46,086 nt of DNA, taken from Legionella genomosp. 1. GTDB taxonomy: Bacteria > Pseudomonadota > Gammaproteobacteria > Legionellales > Legionellaceae. The stretch is from NCBI GenBank assembly GCA_945865355.1, contig CAMBDN010000001.1, positions 1-46,086 of the forward strand. The letters run 5' to 3'. Shown here in pieces: positions 1-8,282 of the stretch. Position 1 is the stretch's first letter; each line of letters begins with the position of its first letter. Both the position numbers and the translations under genes were made by a program. The notes under the pieces were generated by a model that saw only the letters and a list, made by a program, of their open reading frames with translations, made no database searches and was not told the DNA's origin.

Positions 1-205
1 CGGAAGCCGCTCTTAGCAAACCGCCCGCCAAAGCAGTTAATGGCAAAATTACAACTGTATGCACAAACGCTGCATTAATTGTCGCATGCACAGCACCTGC
101 AGTCGATGCAAGTGAGGGCTTTGCTATATTCGGGCTCCCAAAAAAAGCATCTTTATGGGTAGCCAAACTTTCCTTACGTTCACTCCATGGGCTAATATGT
201 GCCAT
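1..205 (-). CDS. N-terminal 68 codons of an ORF in the icmR/FIR slot downstream of icmS (runs off the window start)
   Basis: ATG at 205-203 with GAGGAG 7 nt upstream (ctcctc at 213-218 on +). The frame is open to position 1. Translation: MAHISPWSERKESLATHKDAFFGSPNIAKPSLASTAGAVHATINAAFVHTVVILPLTALAGGLLRAAS. Strand and order match icmT-icmS-icmR. I see no similarity to L. pneumophila IcmR itself. Confidence 0.5.
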   Translation of the reverse strand, partial: MAHISPWSERKESLATHKDAFFGSPNIAKPSLASTAGAVHATINAAFVHTVVILPLTALAGGLLRAAS

Positions 206-263
206 ACAATCACTCCTCAACACACAAATTACTGCTTCGTATAAGGAGTAGCCTAGCAGCATT

Positions 264-309
264 TAGCTTAACGAAACATTAAGACAAGTCAGTTTTGCGC
301 TTTTTTTAC
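264..309 (-). promoter_or_regulatory. Putative PmrA-like tandem box (264-283) and CpxR-like box (294-309) upstream of the FIR-slot gene
   Basis: The minus strand reads CTTAATGTT-TC-GTTAAGCTA, compared with the remembered PmrA consensus cTTAATatT-N2-cTTAATatT. It also reads GTAAA-N6-GCAAA, compared with the CpxR direct repeat GTAAA-N6-GTAAA. A TATACG -10-like hexamer lies at 238-243. Both consensus sequences are recalled from memory. Confidence 0.35.
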
Positions 310-325
310 ATTGTCACGCAAAAAA

Positions 326-670
326 TCAATCATACATCAGCTCATCAAGCGGCGTGTAATCTCGACTGGGTCCACCTTGAATCAGTTCATTCAATACATC
401 AGTCATACATAACAAGCGCAAAACATTGGGAGTAACCTCATCAAATACGACTCTTGTACCTAAGAGTGCATTTTCCGCTTCATCAAATGAAACACCCAAG
501 CCGTAACCAAGACATAAAGAACAGAGTTGATCGGCACGACGTGCGATGGCTGGCAGTAAACCGGTATCTGAAAATACTTCATCAAAACTGACAAAACGAT
601 CATTCAGATAAAATTTGGCATTCAAGGCAGCCGAAATCAAAGACATGCTGTTGCGAATATCTATAGCCAT
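326..670 (-). CDS. icmS: IcmS, Dot/Icm type IVB secretion adaptor/chaperone (114 aa)
   Basis: Blocks NAKFYLNDRFVSFDEVFS, LLPAIARRADQLCSLCLGYGLG and VVFDEVTPNVLRLLCMTDVLNELIQGGPSRDYTPLDELMYD match L. pneumophila IcmS as I recall it. The track ORF 326..727 was trimmed to the ATG at 670, which gives the canonical 114 aa. There is a TAATG overlap with the icmT stop. Confidence 0.9.
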   Translation of the reverse strand: MAIDIRNSMSLISAALNAKFYLNDRFVSFDEVFSDTGLLPAIARRADQLCSLCLGYGLGVSFDEAENALLGTRVVFDEVTPNVLRLLCMTDVLNELIQGGPSRDYTPLDELMYD

Positions 671-930
671 TATCGCCACCAAGGTTGTGAAGATTTGATT
701 GAGCCGGCAAAAAAACACCGTAGCCACCGCAAGAAAACGGGTACGGTAAAACCGTAATGCTCAATAATGCCAAAAAATACCGCGGACACAATAACCAAGC
801 AGCCTGTCCAAATGCGAATATGCATCAAAAAAAGAAAAATAGGGAATGCAGCCCGGGCATCTACCATAAAAAACCGAGCACTACGAGCAGAATCGCGCCA
901 ATGCGCAGTAGCGGAAAAACCTCCAGCCAT
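670..930 (-). CDS. icmT: IcmT, Dot/Icm type IVB secretion small inner-membrane protein (86 aa)
   Basis: MAGGFSATAHWRDSARSARFFMVDARAAFPIFLFLMHIR plus a TM segment and the C-terminal PVFLRW...PWWR match IcmT. A GAGAGG SD lies 6 nt upstream. The gene sits directly upstream of icmS on the same strand. Confidence 0.9.
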   Translation of the reverse strand: MAGGFSATAHWRDSARSARFFMVDARAAFPIFLFLMHIRIWTGCLVIVSAVFFGIIEHYGFTVPVFLRWLRCFFAGSIKSSQPWWR

Positions 931-962
931 AAAAACCTCTCGTCATACAATAACCTTTATCA

Positions 963-991
963 AGTATATCGCGCGAGTTAGCTAATGAAAA
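963..991 (-). promoter_or_regulatory. Candidate icmT promoter (-35 TTTTCA, 17-nt spacer, -10 TATACT)
   Basis: On the minus strand TATACT lies at 968-963. This is the -10 hexamer type reported for L. pneumophila icm promoters. It sits about 33 nt upstream of the icmT ATG. The -35 is weak. Confidence 0.3.
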
Positions 992-1017
992 TGGTTGCGG
1001 TTATAAATATTGGCTTA

Positions 1018-1236
1018 CTATTTTAAAGGGGTACTATCTTGTCCACTTTGCAGACTGAGGCAATTGGCCAGCACATCATCCATCGAAAGCTTAGGAGGGG
1101 GAGTTAACTGTAATTTTTTTTCAGCGAAATCGGTGGGGAAAGCATCAACGTCAACAGCAAGTTTCTTGTTTTCCGTATTGGGGTTTGAATATCCCAATAC
1201 ACGTAGCATCTGAGTCGTACTTGAAATCGCCATCAT
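1018..1236 (-). CDS. Small hypothetical protein (72 aa from the ATG at 1236; GTG alternative at 1257)
   Basis: The ORF is in the track and has a GGTGGA SD-like sequence before the ATG. The translation (…NPNTENKKLAVDVDAFPTDFAEKKLQLTPPPKLSMDDVL…) looks more protein-like than the antisense ORF 1010..1213. No family was recognised. Confidence 0.3.
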   Translation of the reverse strand: MMAISSTTQMLRVLGYSNPNTENKKLAVDVDAFPTDFAEKKLQLTPPPKLSMDDVLANCLSLQSGQDSTPLK

Positions 1237-1365
1237 CAATCCACCAATGCTCAACACATGTTTCTATAATAATAGACAAAAATTAAGGTTTTATTAAGTC
1301 ATCAAATTAAAAATGATTTTTCCCTTTTTATCACCCGATCATAACTTACGAAAAAATCAACGCTC

Positions 1366-1440
1366 CGTCATCCTGAGCATAGTGAAGAAACCTCTGAATT
1401 ATATTTGCTCGCGGAATCCCTCACTACGTTCTAGATAACG
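1366..1440. repeat. Imperfect inverted-repeat (REP/MITE-like) element
   Basis: The left arm is cgtcatcctgagcatagtgaagaaacc (1366-1392). The right arm is ggaatccctcactacgttctagataacg (1413-1440), whose reverse complement is cgttatctagaacgtagtgagggattcc. The arms are about 27-28 nt with several mismatches. The element is intergenic. It resembles the widespread gtcatcc.gagc..agcgaagg palindromic repeat class. Confidence 0.5.
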
Positions 1441-1456
1441 TGAATGTTGTTTTTCG

Positions 1457-2272
1457 TTACCAGCGCGCTTCATCATTAGCTAGCATATTTTCTATCGTTA
1501 TAACCAATGGGTGGTGAACAGGCAACTCGTTCCCATCAAAAGATTCTACGAATCTTATTCTTTGCAAGGCATTTGTTACAAACACAGCATCGGCCTTAAC
1601 TATCATGCTAGCGTCGATTGATATTTCAGTACAGTTAGTGCCAGAGCCTTGACACAAAGCAATGACACGATCACGTATAATCCCCGCTAATAAACCATCA
1701 GTAAGTTTAGGGGTAAAAATCTGATCCTGTTTGAGAATAAATAGGTTCGCCACTGTCGTTTCAGTCGCATAATTTTCTTGATTGAAAAATAAAGCCTCAT
1801 CGGCGCCAGAAGCTATTGCTTTACGACGCGCCAATATAGACTCTAAATAATTAATTGATTTAAGCTGATAAATAGGATTTCTAGCATCACGCCGCCAAGG
1901 GGCGCTGAGTAAACGCATGGCTTGTTGGTTAGGTTGAAAACGAAACGCTTCGAAGATTAATGATGAGTTAACGCCACAAACATCTAACCCCCTTGGGGCC
2001 TTCCCACCACATAAAATAACTTTGGCACCACCGTCGTTGATCCCTGCCTGTTGAATACAATGCGCTAATTGCTGAGACCACAAATCAAAAGATACTTCGA
2101 ACGAGATGCCGAGCAGAATGGCGGCTTGTCTCATCCGCTGCCAGTGCAGTGAGGAATAACAAGGTCGTTGCTGGTCAATCAAAATCGTTTCAAACAATCC
2201 TTCGCCTAAAAAAATACGGTCGTCAGCACAAAACGATGCGGATTTACCATTGGCAAAAATTTCAGTATGCAT
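1457..2272 (-). CDS. pabC: Aminodeoxychorismate lyase / class IV aminotransferase-fold protein
   Basis: 271 aa from the ATG at 2272 (a GTG lies one codon upstream). The layout is class IV PLP-enzyme-like: the LFETI block, the QLKSINYLESILARR lysine region, and VFVTNA near the C-terminus. Confidence 0.7.
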   Translation of the reverse strand: MHTEIFANGKSASFCADDRIFLGEGLFETILIDQQRPCYSSLHWQRMRQAAILLGISFEVSFDLWSQQLAHCIQQAGINDGGAKVILCGGKAPRGLDVCGVNSSLIFEAFRFQPNQQAMRLLSAPWRRDARNPIYQLKSINYLESILARRKAIASGADEALFFNQENYATETTVANLFILKQDQIFTPKLTDGLLAGIIRDRVIALCQGSGTNCTEISIDASMIVKADAVFVTNALQRIRFVESFDGNELPVHHPLVITIENMLANDEARW

Positions 2273-2274
2273 CA

Positions 2275-2478
2275 CTAATAATCGAGGAAATCTTCAAGCT
2301 CATCACGTAACCGCTTCTCTTCCAACAAACTTTCCAGACGCCTACGCGCATCAAAAGCTGGGCGCTGGCGAGTATCAACCTCAATGGCCTCGACCTCCAC
2401 AACATCGGCTTCGACCTCCACCACATCATCTTCCACGACAATGACTTTATCTTGACTATCTTCAAATAGTTCACTCAT
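2275..2478 (-). CDS. Small acidic protein with a basic/coiled C-terminus (PA3496-like family)
   Basis: 67 aa. The N-terminal part is an Asp/Glu/Val-rich repeat (DDVVEVEADVVEVEAIEV). The C-terminus reads RRRLESLLEEKRLRDELEDFLDY, the pattern I recall for the PA3496-type small proteins. Confidence 0.55.
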   Translation of the reverse strand: MSELFEDSQDKVIVVEDDVVEVEADVVEVEAIEVDTRQRPAFDARRRLESLLEEKRLRDELEDFLDY

Positions 2479-2662
2479 GCGATCCTCACAAGTTGGCCAT
2501 GTTACTCATAACAAGTATATTAACAGCGAACTTTATAAAAATTTTCAAGCTATATACCTTATTTTTTATAAAATAGATAGAACTATTATGCGCAATTTAA
2601 AATCGCTTGAACTAGGTGTGTATCTACGTAATAATCGGGTAAAAAGATTAACAATAGACCTC

Positions 2663-3238
2663 ATGGCTGACCAAATTAGACAAGCATTAAGACAAACCTG
2701 TCAGCAAATTCGCAATAAATTATCATCAACTTATCAACGAAACGCCTCAGACCAAATATATGCCCAACTTAATAAATTGGATCAATATCGTTATGCCAAA
2801 CGAATTGCGCTTTATCAAGCAGTAAAGGGTGAGATTGACTTGGGTAGGATATGGCGTTCGGCGCCATTACAAGGCAAATATTGTTATTTTCCTGCAGTTA
2901 ATGAGGATCTTACCTTGTCATTTCTACCTGCGACCCCAGCATCGGCATTTGTTGAAAATCGTTTTGGTATTAAAGAACCGGATATCGGACGGGAACATGC
3001 ACTCAAACCGGAGCAACTTGATCTGATGTTTATCCCATTGGTCGCATTTGACCAGAAAGGAACACGATTGGGAATGGGTGCTGGTTACTACGACCGCACA
3101 CTAGCTCTTTCGCGTCCACCGCTGTTAGTTGGCGTTGCCTATGAGTTTCAACGTCAAAATTATATCCATGCAGAATCATGGGACATTCCCCTCAACCTGA
3201 TTGTGACCGAACGTACTATTTATTGGAGTAGACCATGA
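2663..3238 (+). CDS. ygfA: 5-formyltetrahydrofolate cyclo-ligase
   Basis: From the ATG at 2663 (the track ORF 2477.. carries an implausible AT-rich N-extension). Family blocks present: PLVAFDQKGTRLGMGAGYYDR and WDIPLNLIVTE. Confidence 0.85.
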   Translation: MADQIRQALRQTCQQIRNKLSSTYQRNASDQIYAQLNKLDQYRYAKRIALYQAVKGEIDLGRIWRSAPLQGKYCYFPAVNEDLTLSFLPATPASAFVENRFGIKEPDIGREHALKPEQLDLMFIPLVAFDQKGTRLGMGAGYYDRTLALSRPPLLVGVAYEFQRQNYIHAESWDIPLNLIVTERTIYWSRP

Positions 3239-3699
3239 CAAACTACTGGTTAATGAAATCCGAACCATCCTGTTTCGGTATTGATACTCTATCCAGTCGG
3301 CCCAAGCAAACAGCCCCATGGGATGGTATACGCAATTATCAAGCGCGTAATTTTATTCGAGATGTGATGCGTGTAGGTGATCAAGCATTTTTTTATCACT
3401 CCAGTTGCAATCCACCAGGGATCGTCGGCATTATGGAGATTGTCAGTGAAGCTTACCCTGACTACACTGCATTTGACCCAAATAGCCAACACCCAGACGC
3501 GGGTAGTACTGCAGAAAATCCACGTTGGTTTATGGTTGATGTTCGTCTTAAAGAAAAATTCTCAGCGCTTATCCCGATAGAAACACTTAGACAATACCCG
3601 GAGCTAGAAAAAATGCCGTTACTACGCAAAGGCAACCGTTTATCAATAACGCCGGTTAGCTTGGAAGAGTGGACATTTATAAACAATCGACGGGGGTGA
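3235..3699 (+). CDS. EVE (PUA-like) domain protein
   Basis: MTNYWLMKSEPSCF...WDGIRNYQARNFIRDVMRVGDQAFFYHS is typical of the EVE/thymocyte-nuclear-protein-1-like fold. There is an ATGA overlap with the upstream gene. Confidence 0.85.
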   Translation: MTNYWLMKSEPSCFGIDTLSSRPKQTAPWDGIRNYQARNFIRDVMRVGDQAFFYHSSCNPPGIVGIMEIVSEAYPDYTAFDPNSQHPDAGSTAENPRWFMVDVRLKEKFSALIPIETLRQYPELEKMPLLRKGNRLSITPVSLEEWTFINNRRG

Positions 3700-3732
3700 T
3701 ACAACAACCCCACCAACAGAAGGTTACCATCA

Positions 3733-4074
3733 CTAGGTTAAAGCATCCGCATCGACCTCACCTGTCCGGACTCGTACCACTTGTTGTAGCTCATATACGA
3801 AGATTTTACCATCACCAATTTTTCCAGTATAGGCGGCCTTACAAATTGCATCTATCGCCACTTCCACCATATTGTCTGGCAAAGCCAATTCAATTTTAAT
3901 TTTTGGAAGAAAATCAACAACATATTCCGCACCACGATATAGCTCCGTATGCCCCTTCTGCCGGCCGAAGCCACGGGTCTCAGAAATGGTGATCCCAGGA
4001 ACACCAATTTCCATTAATGCCTCATGAACATCATCAAGCTTAAAGGGCTTAATGATTGCTGTGATCATTTTCAT
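3733..4074 (-). CDS. glnB: Nitrogen regulatory protein P-II
   Basis: MKMITAIIKPFKLDDVHEAL...TRGFGRQKGHTELYRGAEY contains the T-loop Tyr. It is 113 aa from the ATG at 4074; the longer track ORF was trimmed. Confidence 0.9.
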   Translation of the reverse strand: MKMITAIIKPFKLDDVHEALMEIGVPGITISETRGFGRQKGHTELYRGAEYVVDFLPKIKIELALPDNMVEVAIDAICKAAYTGKIGDGKIFVYELQQVVRVRTGEVDADALT

Positions 4075-4200
4075 TATTTTGCCTTCATTAAAACAAGAGA
4101 ATAAACATAGCCGTTCGCGAACTGTTTTGCTAGACTTTTGGTTTCTATTCATCAAAATTTCATATTCTTGGCGAATATACCTTCGCCAATAGGAGCTCAC

Positions 4201-4458
4201 ATGTTTGACCCAAAAAACTTCGAAGACTTAGCAAAAACGCTTTACACTGCATTACCATCGAGTCTGCAAAATTTTGAAAATGAGATTCAACAAAAATTCA
4301 AAGAAATATTACAATCAGCATTTACGCATATGGATTTAGTAACTCGCGAAGAATTTGATGTGCAAATCAAAGTTCTCGAGCGTACTCGCGAAAAAGTGGA
4401 TGCGCTACAAAAGCAGGTACAAACGTTACTCGATGCAAAATTGGACTCAATCAAGTAA
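4201..4458 (+). CDS. ubiK: UbiK/YqiC-family accessory factor (coiled-coil)
   Basis: 85 aa from the ATG at 4201. MFDPKNFEDLAK...LVTREEFDVQIKVLERTREKVDALQKQV is the characteristic BMFP/UbiK pattern. Confidence 0.7.
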   Translation: MFDPKNFEDLAKTLYTALPSSLQNFENEIQQKFKEILQSAFTHMDLVTREEFDVQIKVLERTREKVDALQKQVQTLLDAKLDSIK

Positions 4459-4490
4459 GATAGACCTCCAACCTCAAAATGAGTCCAACA

Positions 4491-6002
4491 ATGAGCCTTG
4501 CTATAAGCAAAACGCGCAGTGCTATCGGCATTCATGCGCAACCCGTATCCGTTGAAGTTCATTTATCAAATGGCTTACCTGGCTTTACCATCGTAGGGCT
4601 TGCTGAAACCGCTGTTAAAGAAAGCAAAGACAGGGTTCGAAGTGCCATCATTAACAGCCAGTTTGAATTCCCCTGCCGAAGAATTACCGTAAATCTTGCC
4701 CCCGCCGACTTACCTAAAGCGGGTAGCGGCTTTGATTTACCAATAGCGATTGGAATTCTTGCAGCATCCGGGCAAATTCCAGTGCAAAAATTGACCACCC
4801 ATGAATTTATTGGAGAATTAGCACTTAATGGTAACTTGCGGGGCGTATCAGCCATTCTTCCGATAGTATTAGCAACACACCGCGATAAGCAACAATTGAT
4901 CATTGCAGACGCTAATGGTGAAGAGGCATCCCTTGCAGGCCATGATGGTGTTTATACTGCCGGCAGCCTACGCGCTGTCTGCAATTATTTATGTCAAAAT
5001 ATACCGTTGCAACCATTACCGAACCGACCCGAACTAACTCAACGTGATCATGCTCTTGATTGGTCAGACGTCAAGGGCCAGCACCATGCCAAACGTGCCA
5101 TGGAAATTGCCGCTTGTGGTGGTCACAGTATTTTATTAAATGGCCCGCCTGGTAGTGGAAAAACCATGCTAGCCAAACGATTCGGCACTTTACTACCCGA
5201 ACTATCAGAGGAACAAGCCTTAGAGTGTGCCGCCATTAACTCTATCCGTGGCCGAATAACCCATTTTGCTAACTGGCGCCAACCTCCTTTTCGAGCACCT
5301 CACCACACGGCGTCTCCCGTAGCGCTCGTTGGCGGAGGCAATCCGCCGAAGCCCGGTGAAATTTCACTTGCACATCATGGTATTTTGTTCCTTGATGAAC
5401 TACCCGAGTTTCATCGACATGTCCTTGAAACACTGCGAGAGCCACTAGAGTCAGGGAATATTTGCATCTCGAGGGCGGCCATCCAAACAGAATTTCCTGC
5501 TCGCTTTCAATTATTAGCAGCAATGAATCCTTGCCCTTGCGGACAATGGGGAAATCCAAATGCAAACTGCTTATGCACACCTGATCGGATAAACCGTTAT
5601 CTATCCAAATTATCAGCCCCACTGCTTGATCGAATTGATATGCAAGTTACGGTGCAAGCATTGACTGAAGATGAGTTGATTAATCCAAATCAGACACCCC
5701 ATGGGGAAAGTGCAAAAATCAGAGAAGTCGTCAGTGAGGCTCGCTTACGTCAGCTGAATCGACAAGGATGCATCAATGCGGATTTAAGCGCAAAAGATTG
5801 TGAGACTGCCTGTAGCTTGGGAGAAGCGGAGCAAGAATTTTTGCGCCATGCATTAAGTCGACTCAAGCTATCTTCCCGCGCTTACCATCGCTTATTAAAA
5901 GTAGCGCGCACCATCGCAGATATGCGTCATGCGGACAAAGCCCAATTACCGGATATACAACAAGCCCTCTCTTTCAAACAAATGTTGCAAGCGCCATTAT
6001 GA
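4491..6002 (+). CDS. comM: YifB/ComM family Mg-chelatase-like AAA+ ATPase
   Basis: N-terminal Lon-protease-like S5 domain, Walker A GPPGSGKTM, Walker B ILFLDELPEF, a CPCG zinc-like motif, and a C-terminal ComM block. Start chosen as MSLAISK; an alternative ATG lies at 4479. Confidence 0.9.
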   Translation: MSLAISKTRSAIGIHAQPVSVEVHLSNGLPGFTIVGLAETAVKESKDRVRSAIINSQFEFPCRRITVNLAPADLPKAGSGFDLPIAIGILAASGQIPVQKLTTHEFIGELALNGNLRGVSAILPIVLATHRDKQQLIIADANGEEASLAGHDGVYTAGSLRAVCNYLCQNIPLQPLPNRPELTQRDHALDWSDVKGQHHAKRAMEIAACGGHSILLNGPPGSGKTMLAKRFGTLLPELSEEQALECAAINSIRGRITHFANWRQPPFRAPHHTASPVALVGGGNPPKPGEISLAHHGILFLDELPEFHRHVLETLREPLESGNICISRAAIQTEFPARFQLLAAMNPCPCGQWGNPNANCLCTPDRINRYLSKLSAPLLDRIDMQVTVQALTEDELINPNQTPHGESAKIREVVSEARLRQLNRQGCINADLSAKDCETACSLGEAEQEFLRHALSRLKLSSRAYHRLLKVARTIADMRHADKAQLPDIQQALSFKQMLQAPL

Positions 6003-6006
6003 TCCT

Positions 6007-6051
6007 AAAAAAAGTTCTTGCAACTAGCAATAGAGTCAACTGCGTGCAAGA
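6007..6051 (-). terminator. Possible rho-independent terminator after pyrB
   Basis: On the minus strand the stem tcttgca/tgcaaga (6016-6022 / 6045-6051) is followed by a T7 run (A-run 6007-6013 on +). The loop is long at 22 nt, so the call is weak. Confidence 0.35.
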
Positions 6052-6067
6052 CGGGAAAAATATAGCT

Positions 6068-6979
6068 TTACCTTGCTACAGCGTCAACACCTACGACCAA
6101 ACTCTCAAGAATGGCCATTCGCATAAACACCCCATTCCTAACTTGTTGTAGAATAAAAGATTGAGGACTATCGGCAACATCGCTGTCAATTTCTACGCCA
6201 CGATTCATAGGTCCAGGATGCATGACCATTGCATCCTTTTTTGCATAAGACAGGCTGGCCTGAGTGAGTGCATAATCTTGATGGTAACCTTCCAAATTTA
6301 GATGTTCGCTTGCTAACAAGCGTTCTTTTTGCACGCGTAAACAAATGACCACATCAGCATCAATAAGCCCATCACGCAACGAGGTCGTATAACTGCCATA
6401 ATGAATCGATGTGGGCTGCCATAACGGGGGAGCAATCAAGATTAATTCGCCAACCCCTAGTGTTTTGCAAATCCACTGTAATGAATTAGCGACACGCGAA
6501 TGACGAATATTCCCCACAATAGCAATTTTTAATCTGCTGAGCTCGGGCTTCTGCTCCAGGATGGTCATTAAATCAAGCAATGCCTGACTGGGATGTGCAT
6601 GAGTTCCATCACCAGCATTAACAATTTGAAGCGCGTCCCCACACTTTTCAGCTAACATTGCTGGCAGCCCAACTCGTTCATGACGGACCACAACCAGTTT
6701 AATCCCCATTGCAGCGAGTGTTTGCAATGTATCTTCGATGGTTTCACCTTTACTTTCAGAAGAGCCTTGCAAATCTAAATTCACCACGGGCATTGCCAAA
6801 TGATGAGCAGCTAACTCAAAGCTCACACGAGTACGCGTACTGTTCTCATAAAATAAATTGGCAAGCGGGTAGTGCGGATAATGCGGATAAACTGCGTTTT
6901 TTTTAAAGTACGAGGCACGTTGAATAAGGGTTGTTATCTCTTGACGGGAAAACTGACTAATTTCTAAAAAATGTTTCAT
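6068..6979 (-). CDS. pyrB: Aspartate carbamoyltransferase catalytic chain
   Basis: STRTRVSFE, HPSQALLD and HPGPMNRGVEI motifs. 303 aa. Confidence 0.92.
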   Translation of the reverse strand: MKHFLEISQFSRQEITTLIQRASYFKKNAVYPHYPHYPLANLFYENSTRTRVSFELAAHHLAMPVVNLDLQGSSESKGETIEDTLQTLAAMGIKLVVVRHERVGLPAMLAEKCGDALQIVNAGDGTHAHPSQALLDLMTILEQKPELSRLKIAIVGNIRHSRVANSLQWICKTLGVGELILIAPPLWQPTSIHYGSYTTSLRDGLIDADVVICLRVQKERLLASEHLNLEGYHQDYALTQASLSYAKKDAMVMHPGPMNRGVEIDSDVADSPQSFILQQVRNGVFMRMAILESLVVGVDAVAR

Positions 6980-6985
6980 GGCAAC

Positions 6986-7414
6986 TCATTTTTCATTCGC
7001 TTGCAACCATTGTTCCAGTATTACACAGGCAGCAATGCTATCGACTTCGGTGTTTTTTATTTTACGATATCCACCCTCAGCAAACAAATGCGCACGGGCT
7101 TCTACTGTAGATAACCGCTCATCAACCAGATGCACAGGAAGCGAAAATCGTTTTCGTAACTGCCGTGCGAAACCACGAGAGGCGGCCGTAGTATACAGTT
7201 CACGGTCATCAATACACGTTGGCAATCCCACCACCAAAGCCAACGGCCTCCATTGAGCAAGCAATTTTTGAATATTGTCCCAATTGGGTACGCCTAGTTT
7301 TGCGTCCAAGGTAGCCAGCGGGGATGCGCTTCCTGTCAGCCTCTGGCCAACAGCAACCCCAATCCGTTTATATCCAAAATCAAACCCAAGATAAATTCCC
7401 TCAAGCATGGCCAA
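6986..7414 (-). CDS. ruvX: Holliday-junction-resolvase-like / pre-16S rRNA nuclease YqgF
   Basis: GFDFGYKRIGVAVG at the N-terminus and VDERLSTVEA. The position in yqgE-yqgF-pyrB synteny matches Pseudomonas. Confidence 0.9.
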   Translation of the reverse strand: MAMLEGIYLGFDFGYKRIGVAVGQRLTGSASPLATLDAKLGVPNWDNIQKLLAQWRPLALVVGLPTCIDDRELYTTAASRGFARQLRKRFSLPVHLVDERLSTVEARAHLFAEGGYRKIKNTEVDSIAACVILEQWLQANEK

Positions 7415-7964
7415 TACTGGAAGTGAGTTGGTTCATTTTAACCCCAATTGTCAAGCCGGCATATTCCCAGCGTTCTTCAAAAGGTACATCATACAACAAC
7501 TCAGGCTTGTAGGGGCAAACCAACCAAACATTGTCTATCACTTCTTGATCCAATTGATTTTCTCCCCAACCGACATACCCCAGCGTCACCAAAACATCTT
7601 TTGGGCCATCATCTTTAGCAATGGCTCGAATAATATCATTAGATGTGGTTACCGTTACACCATCACGCAAAGCTAGACTTGAGCGCCACCCCCCAAAAGG
7701 ACGATGAATGACAAACCCCCTCTCTGGCTGCAAAGGACCACCAAACATTAGTGGGGTCCGATTATTTTCTACCCGGACTGGCTCGATGTCTAACTGATCA
7801 AAAACCAAACTCAAAGGAAACTGCATTGGTCTATTAACGATCAAACCAACTGTCCCCTGGATTTGATGCTCGCAGACATAAATCACTGATTTGGAAAAAT
7901 TAGGATCATTGAGCGTAGGCATAGCGATCAACAGATGATTCGCTAATGACGTATTAAGCAACAC
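7401..7964 (-). CDS. yqgE: YqgE/AlgH family (UPF0301) protein
   Basis: LLIAMPTLNDPNFSKSVIYVCEH...GLIVNRP and GGPLQPERGFVIH blocks. Overlaps the ruvX start by 14 nt. Confidence 0.85.
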   Translation of the reverse strand: MLLNTSLANHLLIAMPTLNDPNFSKSVIYVCEHQIQGTVGLIVNRPMQFPLSLVFDQLDIEPVRVENNRTPLMFGGPLQPERGFVIHRPFGGWRSSLALRDGVTVTTSNDIIRAIAKDDGPKDVLVTLGYVGWGENQLDQEVIDNVWLVCPYKPELLYDVPFEERWEYAGLTIGVKMNQLTSSIGHA

Positions 7965-8282
7965 AATACATTTCTCCTTCGCGTTATATCTCTTGATTTA
8001 ATTATATACCAACAAAACAAAATGTTCTTTTATATTTCTTTTTGTTTATAACCAAACCCATTCCTTCATCATTAAATCGTCATATTGCATTTCTTAGTGG
8101 GCAGATATATTTTTATGAGGTTATGAAAAATTTCTCTTTGCGTAAGTCCTGAAAGGCTCATAGGTAAGATAAAGGCCTTAACTTAGTGCCATTCAGTCCT
8201 GACCTAATTCGGCCTGCTTACTTGAGTTCGATGGCACAAAGCAGTACAGTAGTGCTTTAATTATGCAATTAACGGAATACTC

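Noticed and set aside
1010-1213. Plus-strand 67-aa ORF antisense to the 1018..1257 ORF.
   Set aside because: The composition is Cys/Ser-rich and looks like junk, and there is no SD. The minus-strand frame looks more protein-like. Even that one is only a low-confidence call.
2479-2662. Possible 6S RNA (ssrS) in the 184-nt spacer upstream of the 5-formyl-THF cyclo-ligase gene. ssrS sits in this position in many gammaproteobacteria.
   Set aside because: I found no long-range 5'/3' closing stem or GC-supported helices. The only pairing is a 7-bp ttcaagc/gcttgaa with a 54-nt loop, in a very AT-rich sequence. A TTGGCC-17-TATATT promoter-like site (2493-2521) would leave only about 135 nt. A covariance-model scan (Rfam 6S) would settle it.
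2477-2662. Long N-terminal extensions in several track ORFs: 2477.., 326..727, 3733..4200, 4138.., 12540.., 13687.., 22227.., 36715...
   Set aside because: The extensions overlap neighbouring genes or divergent promoter regions, are AT-rich or low-complexity, and precede internal ATGs that give canonical family N-termini. All were trimmed.
8221-8245. A gagttcgat string resembling a tRNA T-loop in the yqgE / channel intergenic region.
   Set aside because: The flanks do not form a T-stem or acceptor stem, and no anticodon arm can be drawn. It is not a tRNA.
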